This document shows, piece after piece, positions 26,430-40,325 of a DNA stretch of 64,000 bases; positions within the stretch are counted from its first letter, which is position 1; each line of letters opens with the position of its first letter. The stretch comes from Camelus dromedarius (Eukaryota). Made by a program: the position numbers and the translations under genes. The notes beneath the pieces were generated by a model, which had not been told where the DNA came from, did not search any database, and saw nothing but the letters and a program-made list of their open reading frames with translations. The stretch lies in contig NC_087437.1 of NCBI RefSeq assembly GCF_036321535.1, positions 57,848,001 through 57,912,000 on the forward strand, read 5' to 3'.

Positions 26430-26790
26430 CATTTTAAAAATTGTACTTGACTGACAATGTTGTATTAGTTTTTGGTGTACACCAAAGTGATTCAGTGTGT
26501 GTGTGTGTGTGTGTGTGTTTATATATATATATATATACAGTCTTCTTCATTACAGTTTACTTCAAGCCATTGGATATAGTTCTCTGTGCTGTGTAGTAGG
26601 ACCTTGTTGTTTATCTATTCTGTACATAGTAGTTTGCATCTGCCAACCCCAAACTCCCAATTTATCCCTCCCTCCTGCTTCCCCCCAACCATAGTTTGTT
26701 TTCTCTGTGAGTCTTTCTGTTTTGTAAATAAGTTTGTCTGCATCATTTTTTAAGAGTCCACATATAAGTGATACCATATGATATTTGTCT
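26430..26790 (-). mobile_element. Cetartiodactyl-type L1 3' UTR inserted in a MIR, with internal (GT)12 and (AT)8
   Basis: CTGTGCTGTGTAGTAGGACCTTGTTGTTTATCTATT..CCAAACTCCCAATTTATCCCT..CCACATATAAGTGATACCATATGATATTTGTCTT. MIR halves at ~26280-26410 and ~26790-26870. Confidence 0.85.
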
Positions 26791-28059
26791 TAAATATTAG
26801 AGATAATCTAGACAATTTATGGAGCACGGTGCCTGTCATGAAGTAGATATTCTTACTGGTGGGAAAATTGTGTCTCCAGTTTAGGGAAGAAGCAAGGCTA
26901 AGTTGAGTAAGTAGAGAAGAGCTTGGGCAAAGACCAAATATAAATAAAGAAAAAAGAAACACATACACACACATAAAACCTCCTGCCTCCAGTCCTAAGA
27001 ATCATAGATCTCAGAACCAGAAGGGACCTCAAAAAATCTGGAAAGACTGGCAAGAGGCTTGGCACTGTACCTCACTGCCAAAAGTGGAAGTGATCTGCTT
27101 GCAAATTCTCCTTGGGGCAATAAAGAAAATAGGTCCATGTCTTCCATCCCAAATATTTATTCTGTGCAGAGAAGTCAAATATTGCCAGACTAACGTGGAG
27201 AAACCGGTAGCTAACTAGGATCGAAAAGTCAGATATTTACAGGGGTTGGTGAGTAGCCAATTGAGAAAAAGGCCTCCTTCTGAATTCCTTTACAAATGCA
27301 AGCCAAATTCTAAATCTTACTGTTGTCAAGTGGCATGGGCACAAATAAATATGCACAGCATGGCTTCCTTGTGCCAGCTGGCACGTAGATGCAATCATTT
27401 CGCACAGCATGCCCTCCTTCAGCCCAAGGGCAACGAGCAAAATGCAGCAACCCAGAGATGGGAAGGCTATGGAGCCGTGCAAAAGGAAGCAAAGGGACAG
27501 ACAGGAACCGAGTGACCTACTCGCGTGCCCCTTTCAACTCACCTGGAGCCATTCTTTAGAATTACTGCTTAGGGGATGAGACAACAGGTAAGTCATTTGG
27601 TAGGAAATGTCCTGAGTAGAAACCACGATCCTAGGAGTCCAATCCTTGAGTCAGAGGTTCTCAGTCCTCCCCGTGCCCTAAGACACCCGGGGATGCAACG
27701 TGGTCTCATGACAACAATGACGAGGGACGAGGGAGGGGGCAGGGATCACCACGAAGGGAGGGTCCATGTGGAGTTGGAAGGTCTCCAGGTAATTCTGAAA
27801 TGCTCTTCTTCCCCATTCTTTGGAATAACAGATCCAGGCACCAGTCTTGTTAGTTCCATCCCTCACTAACTAGGAGAACCTGGGCAAATCATTCAATGGC
27901 TCTGAAGCTCAACTTACATAAGTATAAACTAGGCAAAGTAAACTCATATTGTTTTGAAAATAAAACATGATAATGAACCAGCATAGAGGTACTCTGTAAA
28001 CTGTGAAACACCCCACACCCAGCAATAAACAGGGTTGTCGCCCTTCTCTACGAGTTGAA

Positions 28060-28060
<1 letters not shown>

Positions 28061-28100
<40 letters not shown>
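28061..28100. repeat. (AC)20 microsatellite
   Basis: Read directly. Confidence 0.97.
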
Positions 28101-28104
<4 letters not shown>

Positions 28105-30019
28105 CTGAAGAGGTCAGGGCTTCGTTGTTTCTGGGGCAGCCTGCCTCGTTAACCTGAGAGGCTGACAGGGGAGCACGTCAGTGGCATCTCCCGTCACAGA
28201 CACAGAGGGGCGACCAAATGTCATTCTGGATTATGACACTTGCAGCTGGAGTTTCATACATGAGAAATCCAACCAATTTATATTTCATCCCTAGCTTGCC
28301 CCTTCCCACCTTTCCCCTCTAGCTGTTTCCATTCCCAGACTCAAAATGTCACTCATAATTCAATTCAATCAAATACACATGAGCTGCGTAACAAGTGTGC
28401 CAGGTCCCCTGTTAGAGCTGTAGGGGATAAAGAGAGAGAGAACATAGTTCCTGCTTTCAGCTTGCTCACATTCTAATGGGAGGGAAGACATGGAACCAGC
28501 ACCGATGACAAGGCAAGGGCCAGGTGAGAACTGAATGGGTGAGGAGAGGACCAAGAGAGATACTATCCTTTTTTCTGAGCAGACAAAAGAAACAATTCCA
28601 ACAAGTCAAATGTGGCGTCGTTAACAGCTCTGGATCAAATTTCTGATCAGGGGATTAAAATGTTTGTTCAGGTTGCATTCTGCTGCTTAGTAGCTGAACA
28701 CAGCGTGAAGTGCCACCAATCCTGATTAGGGTAGGATGCCACCTAGATGACTTCTCCCTTCAGTCTTCCTCTAAACATTATGCCCTAAAATTGTTGTCCT
28801 TCTGTGGAAAAGGGACTGGTGTTTACTTTGTTCTGTATTTCTATGTTTTTTATCCAGATGCATTGGTGTTTCAGAGAGAAAGTCTGACTCATTACGAATG
28901 TGGGAGGCCAGACCTCCACCACAGTCTTTCCCACGTGTGCCCACAGTAGAAGGCTGGCTCCTTAGGGGTGCGGAACGTGAGCAGCTCACTTCTGGAACAG
29001 ACTCAGCACGGGTACGGGAAGTTGCGAGAAAAGTGGAAAAGGGAAGTGTAGTCTGATAACCTGGTCTCCCTCCCCACTGTCATCAGCTCTTGAGGTTTTT
29101 CACAGCACATCAGATTCAACTCCTCTTTGACAGTCACTCATGGGAGGTGGAGAAAAATCGTGACTTGTTGCCAAAACTGCGTGTTTGAAAATGTAATTAT
29201 TTTATGGAGTTCTGAAAGCATTTTCAAGCATGGATGATCAATTTTAAGACTGGGTTATCATAGCATTAGATAGGTTAATTAAATATGAAAACACACTGTA
29301 TTTTGAGTTGGATCAGAATGGCATTATAAGGCCAAGTGGTTTAAGCTCTTTTTTTCTGTATCTTCCCTAGAATTGATAGCAAAAATTAGTGGAATGCACT
29401 GATCTTTACAGAAATACATATAGGGCATACATCCCCTTGTCAAATGTGGAATACCCTATTTTCAAAAAAAAAAAGTTCTCAATTTAAACTAAATCAAGAC
29501 CTAAAAAAAAAATCCCTATTAAAATGAGGCTATGTGCAGAAAGACAGTTTAACCCCATCTCTATTTGTAAAAGCATGGAGACTACCTAATTTAAATGAAT
29601 ATATAAATATTAATTCACATGGGCCATCCATACATCCATATTTTGGTGAGTATATTTTGAAAATCATCCCATCTCCAATCAATACTACAGAAAAGTTAAA
29701 CAAGTATAGAGTAGGATTTTCTTTTTTAGAATAGGAATTTTTTAAAAAGGAGGAAGAAAAGGAGGAGGAAGGGCTTCATTTATTTAGGACTTTGTATTTT
29801 CCACATATGAATAGAAACAATAAATTGACTACAATACCACTGACCTCAATTTTTCTCTTTAAACTTTTAAAAACCATTTCTCATCACAAAATAATTATAT
29901 GGCACTTTCTTTTTCAAAGAAGATATTGGAAAAAACTCACTCCATAACAAGGAGAAAGTTGGTTTTAAGCAATTCCATCGATTATAAATTACGTATGTAT
30001 AAATTTGTCACTAGAAAAA

Positions 30020-30730
30020 GTTAACTTATTTTCTGATTAGGTGATATACTCACGTAGCTTAAAATTCAGAAAGTACAAGAGACTTTCTAAATGTCTCCAC
30101 CCCCTATCCTCCAGCCAAGAGTCCCCTCCCACGGGGAAGCCGTTTCGTCATGTGTTAATATATGCCTCCAGAGATACTTTAAGAATCTATAAGTAAAAAG
30201 CAAATAGGTTGCAGACTCCTCTCATAGTCCTATGCCTTTACTTTGTCTGTTTAACAAGATAGCTTGGAGTTTATTTCATTTGGCACATAAAATAGTCTCT
30301 TGCGTTTCAGATACACAGGCTTCCTTTTTAAGGATGCGCAATCATTTATGTAGCTATCCAGTCCTCGCCCTTACAGATCATGCTGTGATGACACTCATCT
30401 TTCACACATCCAAGTCTACCTGGGATAAATTCCTAGAAATAGAATTGCTAGATCAAGATATACACATTTGTGATTTTAACTGATACTGTCAAACTGTCCT
30501 CAATAAAGATTGTATCCATTTATTCTCACACCAGCATTATGTGAGGTCTTTTTCCCCTGCAGCCCAGTTAATAGAGTGTGCTAAACGGCTCTGTTATCTT
30601 TGCAAATTGGACAGTTTAAAAATAGTATATCAGTGGTTAATTTTTAACTTGCCTTTTTCTTACTGTGAGATCGAGCATATTCCTAAATGTTTGAAAACCA
30701 TTTGAATTTTCTTTGCAATTATAACTAAAT
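30020..30730 (-). mobile_element. Old L1M remnant
   Basis: GGGATAAATTCCTAGAAATAGAATTGCTAGATCAA..ATACTGTCAAACTGTCCTC, typical antisense L1 ORF2 end. Confidence 0.7.
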
Positions 30731-30736
30731 TTTCTG

Positions 30737-30838
30737 AGAATATGAAAATGAATATATGTATGTATATGCATGACTGAGACATTGTGCTGTACACCAGAAA
30801 CTGACACATTATAACTGACTATACACTCCAATTAAAAA
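30737..30838 (+). mobile_element. Short camelid-type L1 3' terminus
   Basis: AGAATATGAAAATGAATATATGTATGTATATGCATGACTGAGACATTGTGCTGTACACCAGAAACTGACAC is near-identical to the 3' end of the L1 at 43907-45224. Imperfect AAAT(T)TTCTG TSD. Confidence 0.88.
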
Positions 30839-32574
30839 AATTTCTGTATTAGAAATAAAAATGGAGAGCTAATAAATTCATCTTCTTTTAATATCTTCTT
30901 AAAAGTTGATCAGAAACATTAATGGCAAGCACTAATGATTTTCATAAAGGAATACAGATTCTATATTTTTCTTGGAACCTGACTGAATATGGAAAGAAAG
31001 CAATCTCCAATCTTTGAAAACATATTTTTTTAAAGGCTGTATTTTTGCAAGAACTTTGGTAACATGAGTGGGTGTCTAGATTATCCCAACAACTATCTAA
31101 GTTAAAAAATATTGAAAAAAAATTGAGAAAGGGAGATTAAACAAAAAATGAGAGCAAATAATGGGCAAAACAATTATTAAATATATGTTTCCAATGAATT
31201 GCAGTTTTTCACAGGATCTTAAGTTTAAAGGGTTAAAGACAGACTGAGAGATGGATGGAGAGCTTGGTGGATAAGATGAGTCAGATCAAACAGAGAAACT
31301 AGCCCCCTTCTGTCCAGCATGGCAGTAGTGAATCAGGTGCACAAAATCCTCTAAGGCTGCCATTTTTAAGGCAAGTTAAAGTTCTCCAAGAATAAGTAAA
31401 TGATTACATTCTTCAAAACATGACTCAGTAAATGACGGGAGTTCTCAATTCTAATCACCAATACATCACATTAATCTTTTCCAAATAAGCAGCATATGTT
31501 ATTTAATTTTTGCTTGCATCAGTGATTAATTTCCCAAGAAGTTAATTAATTATCTGCTGCCAAAATGAACAGCAAATATTTCTCAACACTTTATTTCTGT
31601 ACTTCAAGATCGAATCATATTCCCTAACTATAATCCATAAAATTAGTCATAGGTAGAATAAAAAAAATAAATAAATAGTTCTAAGGCTCTCTCACTTTCC
31701 AAGAGACTCTCTAAGGAAAGGTTCAGTTGGGAAGAGGTTTGCAAAGTCCTCTCTCTCAGAAATGGATGAGCGATAGTCATTCTAGATGTAAATTAAACAT
31801 TAATAGAAATTAGTCATGATTGGAATAAGAGTAAGTTCCAGTTAAAGATTTTTAATATACATATATAACATCATTTAAAAATGCAAAGTATCACGTGATC
31901 ATCGTGGAAGAGTTTTAAAATGCAGGAGAGGGTAAAGATGGGTAGTATTACTACCACCCGGATAAAACTACTATTTAACGTCAACTAAAATTTATGTGTT
32001 AAGATATTCTTAGAAGAGGTTCAATCATTTTTTTAAAGAATGAGTTGGTACTATTATATCCCCATCGTGCAGATAAGAGATCCACAGAGATAATTAGCAA
32101 TTTACCCAAGATCACACAGCTAATAGGTGTAGGAGTCAGGCACATAGGTAAACATGGAGCTTGTGATACAAAAAATAACATATTATAATTTCTACTTAAC
32201 ATTATGTGACAGGCATTTTCCTAATTAATAAATATTTGGGGGAAATACAATTTTAATGAGGGACGCAAAAAGACTTTTATTACGTGGGTTAGTTTTAGTT
32301 TCACTGTTATAATAGTACACTATACTATATACTACAGTGAAAATACTTCTATGTAAGTGTAATTCATATCTCTGAGTATTTTCTCAGGATAATTTCATAG
32401 GTGTAAAACTATCAGGTCAAAAGATTGAAATACGGCAAGTTATTTTCAAAAGTATAACAACTTATATCCCATAAGTACTGTAAAGTGTCTACTTAACTCT
32501 ATCCTCACCAACCTTGGAGTAATATAAAAACATCCTTTTGTCCATTTTGACAAAAGAAAAATACTAACAGTATC

Positions 32575-33410
32575 TTTCACTTGCTTATTGAAATTTGTGT
32601 GAGACAGTTGTAAATTCGCATGCAACTCTAAGAAACAATGCAGAAAGGCTCCCATGTATGCTTTACCCAATTTTCCCCAGTGGTAACATTTTTCAGACCT
32701 ATTATAATATCATGGCCAAAATATTGATATTTATAGAACAACTGATCGCCTAAGCTTGACTTGTACTTGTGCATATGTGTACTTAGTTCTATACAATTTT
32801 ATACATGTAGAGGTCCGTGTGTCCACCGCTGCCATCAAGATCCGCAACAGTGTCATCGCTACAAGAATCTCTCATGTTGCCCCCACCTCCCTTATGCCCA
32901 CCTCACCACTCCATTCTTAACCTCCAAAAATCACCAATCTGTTGCCCACTTCTAAAATGTTATATAAAGAGAATAATAGATTATGTAACCTTCAGGGACT
33001 GGCTTTTTTCACTCAGCACAACTCCCTGGAGATCCATCCAGACTGGTGCTTGTATCAAGTGTCTTCTTCTTTATTGCTGAGTAGTACTTCAGGGGATGTA
33101 CCACAGTCTGTTAAGTCCTTCACCTGTTAAAGGACATCTGAGCTGTTGCCAGTTTTGGGCCATTACAGATAAAGCTGCTCTGAACAAAGGTGTACATGTT
33201 TTTATGTGAACATAGTTTCCATTTCTCTGGAATAAAACTTAAGAGTACAATTGTGAGGTGCATGGTTCAATGTTTAGTTTAATTTTTTTAATTGCCAAAC
33301 TGTCTTCCAGAGTGACTCTACAACTTTTATTCCCACCAGAAATATATAAATGATTCAGTTTTTCCACATCCTTGCCAGCATTTGGTACTGTCATTATTTT
33401 TTGTTTTGGT
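32575..33410 (-). mobile_element. L1MD-like LINE-1 3' region
   Basis: TTTACCCAATTTTCCCCAGTGGTAACAT 3' UTR motif, running into an antisense ORF2 end (TTTCCACATCCTTGCCAGCATTTGGTACTGTCA). Confidence 0.75.
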
Positions 33411-36400
33411 CCTCCTGGTGACCACATACCATGTGAACACATAGCTAAGAACCAGAGACTGAGATTGTCTGCCACTAACTTGCTGTGTGATTTTCAGCAA
33501 GTCATTTCCTCTCTAGGACATGGTCTCCCTGTATATAAACTAGAAAATCCCAAATAGTCCTGTCAATTTTAACTTTCTATGAATCTAGGATAAAAATCAT
33601 GGCTGATTATGAAGGTTTCAAACCTAGGAAAAGCCTATAAACTATTCCTCTTCTAACAGGAAAAAAATAATTCACATCTTAAACAGGAAATTATCTTTCT
33701 TTAGAACCAGGTAATATGTGAGCCCTAGGATATATTATTTTCCCCCAAAGAACCCACTACATATGGCGAGTTGATTTACTTCATCTAAGGTGAGCTCCAA
33801 GGAAGTCTCCCCTTTGTCCTACTTGGCAGTAGAAATCACTTCATCTCCATGAGGACTTTATCTGTATTTATTCATAAAGACTCTATTTTTCTAAAGAATT
33901 TGGAATGCTAGCTAGATGTTACCCATTAGGTTTCAGAAATGCCTCAGGACATAAAAAAGGGACACCAGCGATTTCAAGAGAGCCAAACACTGCCTCTGCA
34001 AACATGGGCTTGGAGTCAGATAATAGCAGATTCCATTTTAGGCCTGTGATGGTTTGTATTGATGTTGGGGCTGAGAAGGGGATAAAAACTAGCTCTCCTG
34101 CATCAATTGGCTCCCAGACTTCAAGTGTCGGTTGGAAATAATGTGCCAATAAACTTCTTTATTGAGTCTTTGAGCATCATCCCAGTCTATGAACACAAGG
34201 AGGTGTAAAGGTAAAAGATGGAGAGGGAGAAGAATAAAAACAGAATGTTGAAGAAACCCCAGCGGCGAAATCCTTTGTAGTCTTCTGTAGGTTCCTTCCT
34301 TAGAATCACAACGGGGTACCTGCTGCAGGTATAGATTGCTGGGATCCACTGCTGACTATTTGAAGAAGCACAGTCTTAGAAGAATCTAGAAGCATGTACT
34401 TTTAACAAGCTCTCCAGGTGATTCTTACTAGCAATCCAGTGTCATCCCAAAGCCTAGCACTTGGGAACACAGATCATTTTCATTTTCTCGATAGAGAAAT
34501 CAGGGTTAGAAAGAACTTTTCCCTGATAAGTCAAGGTCATACATTCAACAACAAAGGATGAACTAGAACTCTTGTTACCCTAATGTGCACTTAACCCTTT
34601 GTGACACATGGTCTCTTGCAACAACAACAACAAAAATCCACTTTTTTTTTTTTACCCCAGGAAACTATGTAAGGCCCAGCCTGGTTCTAAAATTCCTCCT
34701 TTATCCATCCCACAGCTGAGGCTAGGCCTACGTTTCACACTGCAAGCTGATTTCCAATCCTTATTTTCCTTCAAAATTTTGTCTCACAATATTTTGACAC
34801 AATATGCTCAACTGGCCCCAGACCCATTCTGGAATTCACAAATATCAAGTGCTTCTTGCTAGCAGCTTATTCCTTATTTCACTCTTCAGTTCCCAAGCCA
34901 TGGCCACTCTTTCTCGTGATAGGGATCTTTTTCTGCTAACCTGCCTCACAGTCCAACGTCCCCTATCCATTTGCTGGCCCTAATTTGCTTTGTAGCTCCT
35001 TCCCCTTTCACAGAGAAAAGTCTTATTCCTTAACTTTAGGCCAGGGGCTAAGGCCTACTATTCCAGTGACAAGTGCCTAGATGTTTGAGATTGGGCCACC
35101 CCAGAGCATCCATCATTACATTTAGCCCAACTCGTACGATGTAACACTACTTCATCCAAAGTATCACTCCTGGCTTCGCATGGCAACTGCTTCACTCTGT
35201 CTTGCTAACATCATTTGTTCGCCAGATTGAGCCCCTATTTGAACCCAAAGCTGGATAACTTTCCCAAACCCTTGTACCTCATCAGTTGACAAGCCTAGCA
35301 CCAAGATATTTCAGTCGACTCATTTCTGCACATCTTGCTGAAAGGAAGGCCTAGTCTAGCTAATCTTAAGCTCTGACAGGTGTCATGCCACTTCCCACAC
35401 TAGGCTGTAACCGCCTATATCCGCCACAATGAAGGTGGGGGCCGAGTTCATTATATTTACCATTACATTTCTAGATATAAGGCCATGGAATAGAATCTAG
35501 GAGACTCAGGGAGAGCAAAAGATTGTGCAATACATGATGGAATATCAGCCTAGAAAAATTCTTTGAACATTCACAACCTGGTCCAGGACAGGACAGTGGT
35601 GCCTGGGGTCTTCCCACGTCCATGGGAGTCAGGGGTCAGGAGCTCACCAGCAGGTAGAACCCTAAAATTCCAGGAATCCAGCTCTAGCAGCGACACCTAT
35701 TCCTTTTATTTGTTGGGTAAATCACTGAACTGCTCTATTTCAGCTTCCGTGTTACAAAAGAACCCAACTCGCAGTTCTCTCAGGAGAGCAACAAAAGCAA
35801 ATTAGCCAATATTTACCAAATCATCTGACCATGAACTGAGCTAAATAGCTTTACACATACATCTTCTCCTGGAACTCCAGAGTACACGCACTGCTCGGTA
35901 CACGGAGTTCCTTTACCACCGTCTAATCAAGAGCAGAAAGGAATGAGGAGGTGTGCTCTTACTAAGAAAAAGTGAGTAGCGACTGAAAAGCCAAGCATGA
36001 AATTCAAACACCCACTTAGATTTTTAGTTTAACTGATGTATGTATTTTACTCATTAAACCATAACAATTTTGCTTATCTGTGGGGAAAAAGGAATGATTC
36101 CAACTAAATGAAAAACACTGCCAGGGAGTACAAATGCATTAACTATTCCATTTTGGCCAAAACACTCATTATTCTTCCCCCAGTACGTACAGATCTGAAA
36201 ATTTTTCTTGCCATTAAGTGTCAAATGCCAAGAAGGCAAAATGACACAAGATTAGGCAACTACACGTTGCTAATCCCACTGTGAGACAGCAAGTATAGCG
36301 GGCCTCAAGCTTTCTTTGACGTGTACTTAATGCTCAGTAACTGTTAGAGATATCTCATCGTCCTGGGAAATTGGTATTTAAACTTGCAAATATTTGTGGA

Positions 36401-36522
36401 GCACTTTATAAGTGACCAGTCTCTTCTTGATTTGATTCTAGTTCATTGAATCCCCACCAAAATTCTCACAGGTAAGCATCATCACCCCCAGTTTACAATG
36501 AAGGAAGTTAAGGTGTGAAGGT

Positions 36523-36947
36523 GGTTTTGTGTCCCAGGGCTGCCATAACAAAGCACCACAGACTGGGTGGCTGAAAACAACACGGTGCTGGAGGCCCCAA
36601 GTCTGCATCTCGGCATCGCCATGGCTGGTTCCTCTGGAGGCTCTGGGGGTGAACACGCTCAGTGCCTCTCTCCCAGCTTCTGCTAGTGGCCGGCAATCTG
36701 CAGTGTTCCCTGGCTCACAGACGCATCACTCCAGTCTCTGCCTTTGTCTTCACACGGTGCTTTCCTCTGTGTGTCCTCTCCTCTTCTTATAAGGACACCA
36801 GTCATGGGATTTAAGACCAACTGTAATCTCGGATGACCTCATCTTATAACTCAATTACCTCTACAAAGACCCTATTTCCAAGTAAGGTCCCATTCTGAGT
36901 TTTTGGACAGATGTGAATTTTGGGGAGATACCATACAATCCATGACA
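36523..36947 (-). mobile_element. MLT1B/C-like MaLR solo LTR inserted in a MIR
   Basis: GGGCTGCCATAACAAAGCACCACAGACTGGGTGGCT..TTATAAGGACACCAGTCAT..AAAGACCCTATTTCCAA. Possible 5-bp TSD AAGGT/GAGGT. MIR resumes at 36948. Confidence 0.9.
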
Positions 36948-37169
36948 GAGGTTTAAATGATTCCCAAAATCATAGAGCTAACAGGTTGTGGGGCTGAAAT
37001 CCAAACAATACAAAGGTCAATACAGCCCACATTCAAATCACATGCCTTTTCCATTAGGTTATGCTGCCCAGGCCACCCCAATCTGGATGTGCAGCTGTAG
37101 CACTGGAGTCATTCTGCATCACCTTGCAAAGAGACTTTGCTTTGTTCAACTTGTTCTAAACGACAATAA

Positions 37170-37745
37170 TCAATACAGAATTAAATATCTGAACAGTCCC
37201 CTACAGAGCCTACAATGGCTTCCTTCCACAGCAGAAAGTTCAAGGTCTTCTCGTTCATGATACTCCAGATTCACACCTGACCATCACTCCCAATCATCTC
37301 TCTCATGGACCTTTAGGTTCAAACAAGATGAGTTTCCTACTGCCCCCATCCTCTCCTCTTCTGCCTTTTTATGCATTTACATCCTTATTTATTCTCCTGG
37401 ACTGTCCTTCCACTCAGTCCATATCTGCATGCTCAAAATCTGTTTAATTCCAAATTTGTTCCTAAAAGCCTGTGGCAGATATAAATATCTCTGTCCCTTC
37501 AATTTCCAAGTACTGTCTCTTTGCTTTAAGAAGATATTAGCCCAAATATAATTGAATGATATTCCCCTCCTTCCTTCCTTCTTTCCCCTATTTGCGTATA
37601 TAGCATATGCACATGTACATGTATGCGTACACACACACACACCCCCCTAGCTCCAAAGTGGATGCCAATCTATTTCTTAGAGTGAATACAGCTGTACACT
37701 CTGTATCAGGTAAGTGTTCAGTAAATCACTGATAAATGAATAAAT
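37170..37745 (+). mobile_element. L2 remnant
   Basis: CAATGGCTTCC..AAAGTTCAAGGTCTT and a 3' end GTGTTCAGTAAAT..AAATGAATAAATGA. Confidence 0.5.
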
Positions 37746-38917
37746 GACTTCATCTATTTAAGAATGAAAGAACTGTGAGTTTAAAAACAATAACTGATTG
37801 TGAGTATAAGCTCATACTTAATAAGGAATGAGAATTGTTTTAAAAATACTATAACCTATTACTACAATCACAAAATAATTAGAATTTTTTTACAATTTAA
37901 AACAGAGTTATAACATGGTTTTAGGAGCTGTCCAAGTCGCTTAGCCTCTGTTTCAGTGCTTAGAATGTTTGAATTTTTTTTTCAAGTACCTCCAGACTTA
38001 TCTCTCTTCTTCCTTTAGGCCAAGGCTGGTTGTGTTTAAGAGTATCATTGCCAGAATCATTAAAATCCCCATTAAAATTGATGGTATATATACATCATAG
38101 AGAATTACTGCTTTACTTAAATACAACCTAGTAAAGTCTTGCTGATTTTGCAACACCACTTTGCAAATCTTAATAACTTGGCATTGAATCCCCTAGGTAC
38201 ACCAGGACCTAACACTGCTTGACCTTAATAAATTTTTATAATGGTCGTGACTTGACCTGAGGTCGTGTGCACACTAAGCCAGAAACAAAAGAGAACACTC
38301 AGTTATTTGATATCATTTCAGCCAACAAACTGATTCTTCAACATCTCTGCTGCACATTGTTTCTTTCTGTTCTTTTTTATGTGGGGGAGGAGAGTTAGCA
38401 GAAGCAGGGGGCCATCACCTTAATGCTACAGAGATGGCCTCTCTGCTGAACTTCAATGCGGAAGTGTGGACAAGACGTAGAACTGATTCTCTTTTAATTG
38501 ATGGAACCACTCAATCTCATGATGAGACCTTAAAGATCATCTGCTCATCAACTCTGAGTTGAAGATAACTGTACCATGGTACATTATACATTTTGTCCCC
38601 ACCTCAGAGATGGCCAGCGGGTTTTTTCTCTCTTCACAGATTCTTCTAATTGACACTAGCTACCTGGAGCAAGGCACTGAAGATGACTCTGAGACTGAGC
38701 CTGGAATCTGGAGGGTAAATGGCACATATATACTCCAGCAAGTATTTCTAGCATCTAAACCCATGATAAACGTAGGACCTCCCTGCTCAAATGCGATTCT
38801 GTCCAGAAAGTCACTTTATAGAATATGTTACACGACCAGGAAGACACCACACTAATATTAGCGCTAGTAGACGAGATACTGCTACATTGTCAGTTCTGAA
38901 TATTTGGCTATTTTGAC

Positions 38918-39128
38918 GTAGCTGTCCTATCCTATGTAGTAACTACTAGCCACCCATGGCTACTTAAATTTAAATTAGTCAAAATTCAACAAAATTTGAA
39001 ATTAGTTTCCTTGGTCTCACTTCAAGTCCCACATTTCAATCTCCACGTGCAGCTGGTGACTACTGCACGGGACAGTGCAGATGAGGAACACTCCCACCAC
39101 TGTAGAAAGCTCTACGGGACAGCACTGC
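38918..39128. mobile_element. MER3-like hAT DNA transposon
   Basis: GCTGTCC..CTAGCCAC..GGCTACTTAAATTTAAATTA..CCACATTTCAA..GAAAGCTCTA..GGACAGCACTG, with GCTGTCC/GGACAGC inverted termini. Confidence 0.8.
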
Positions 39129-40089
39129 ATGATTTTAAACAACCAACATAAAACATCATCACTGCATGATGCTGAAATCCACACAGGTCAGCCCTTAACA
39201 AATGGACTCCTAACCCTCTTCCAAGGTGACATTTCTTCTCTTCTTTGAGAGTCAGGGATACAGTCGGGGCTCATCTCCTGCAGATGAGAGTGGGTGCATG
39301 TGAGTGTGTGAGAGTTGGTGTGGTGAGGGGTGAAGAGTCACAGCTTTTGGCCGCCCTGTCTGCTGAGTTCTTCTCTTCCATGAGGTGACTGGGCGAAGCC
39401 GGTCAGCAGAGGTGACTTCAGGGGACTGCTCCCTGATGACTCAGGAACCCAGGAGAAGGACAAAGATGTTATCAGAGAGATCTGTTTTAAAATTCTGCAG
39501 GGGTATCATCCTAACTGAAAGCACAAAGGGAAAGGAGGAGAGGTTCAGGGAGGCCAGGTGGTTTGGAAAGGCAGAGGGAAGGGAGGGGTGATGGCGGTAA
39601 GAGAGTGCCACTGAGGAGGGAGGCGGCAGAAGTCAAAGACCAGCTGAGTGGCACAGAATGCTTGGCTGGATTGTCATCGCTCGTCAGCTCAGCCCCCACC
39701 CCCTGGATGACCAAGAGAGCAGCTGATAAAGAGATGCTGCCTTTCCTCTTTTTATAACATCTCTCTTCCGCTCCTATTCCTTCACATAAGGCAATGGAAA
39801 TATTGCTAAATGCTGACAACGCTTTTGGCTGGTGTTGTAATGACACTTCAGTGGTGCCAAGCTCCCCTTGCCCTCCTCTCAGGGCTCCCATAACAGCCAG
39901 GTTCTGCACCTCTTTGGCCACCAGTGTACAGGCTGCCTGGCATTTCTCTTAACCCTTTCACTATATGTCCTTTTAGCTCAAATACAACAGCAAGAGGACA
40001 GAGACTGTGTCACACTGCTCTCTGTGGCCCCTGACAGGTGTCGGCATAGTATACCACACAGCTGGAGCCAGCCTGGCACTGCCCTGGCC

Positions 40090-40325
40090 TGGGGAGCTCT
40101 GGAGTCTGATCACCTAGGTTCAAATTTCTCCTCTGCTCCTTGCTAACTGCGCCTTTCTTTCAGAGGGAGGCCTCCCCACTCTAAGCCTCTGTTCCTCCTC
40201 TGTCAAGTGGGGATAACAGTATCTTTGAGAAGTTAAGGTAAAGTTTAAAGGAGATAATGCAGGTAAAGCTCTTAAGCTCTCAGGACAGTGTCTGACACAG
40301 GGTAAATACTCATAATGATCACTGC
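40090..40325 (+). mobile_element. MIR SINE
   Basis: GCTCTGGAGTCTGATCACCTAGGTTCAAAT..CCTCTGTTCCTCCTCTGTCAAGTGGGGATAACAGTA..GAGATAATGCAGGTAAAGC. Confidence 0.8.

Noticed and set aside
27550..27593. 28-nt exon ending CAG|GTAAGT
   Set aside because: The pyrimidine tract is short and the donor lies in degenerate MIR-like sequence.
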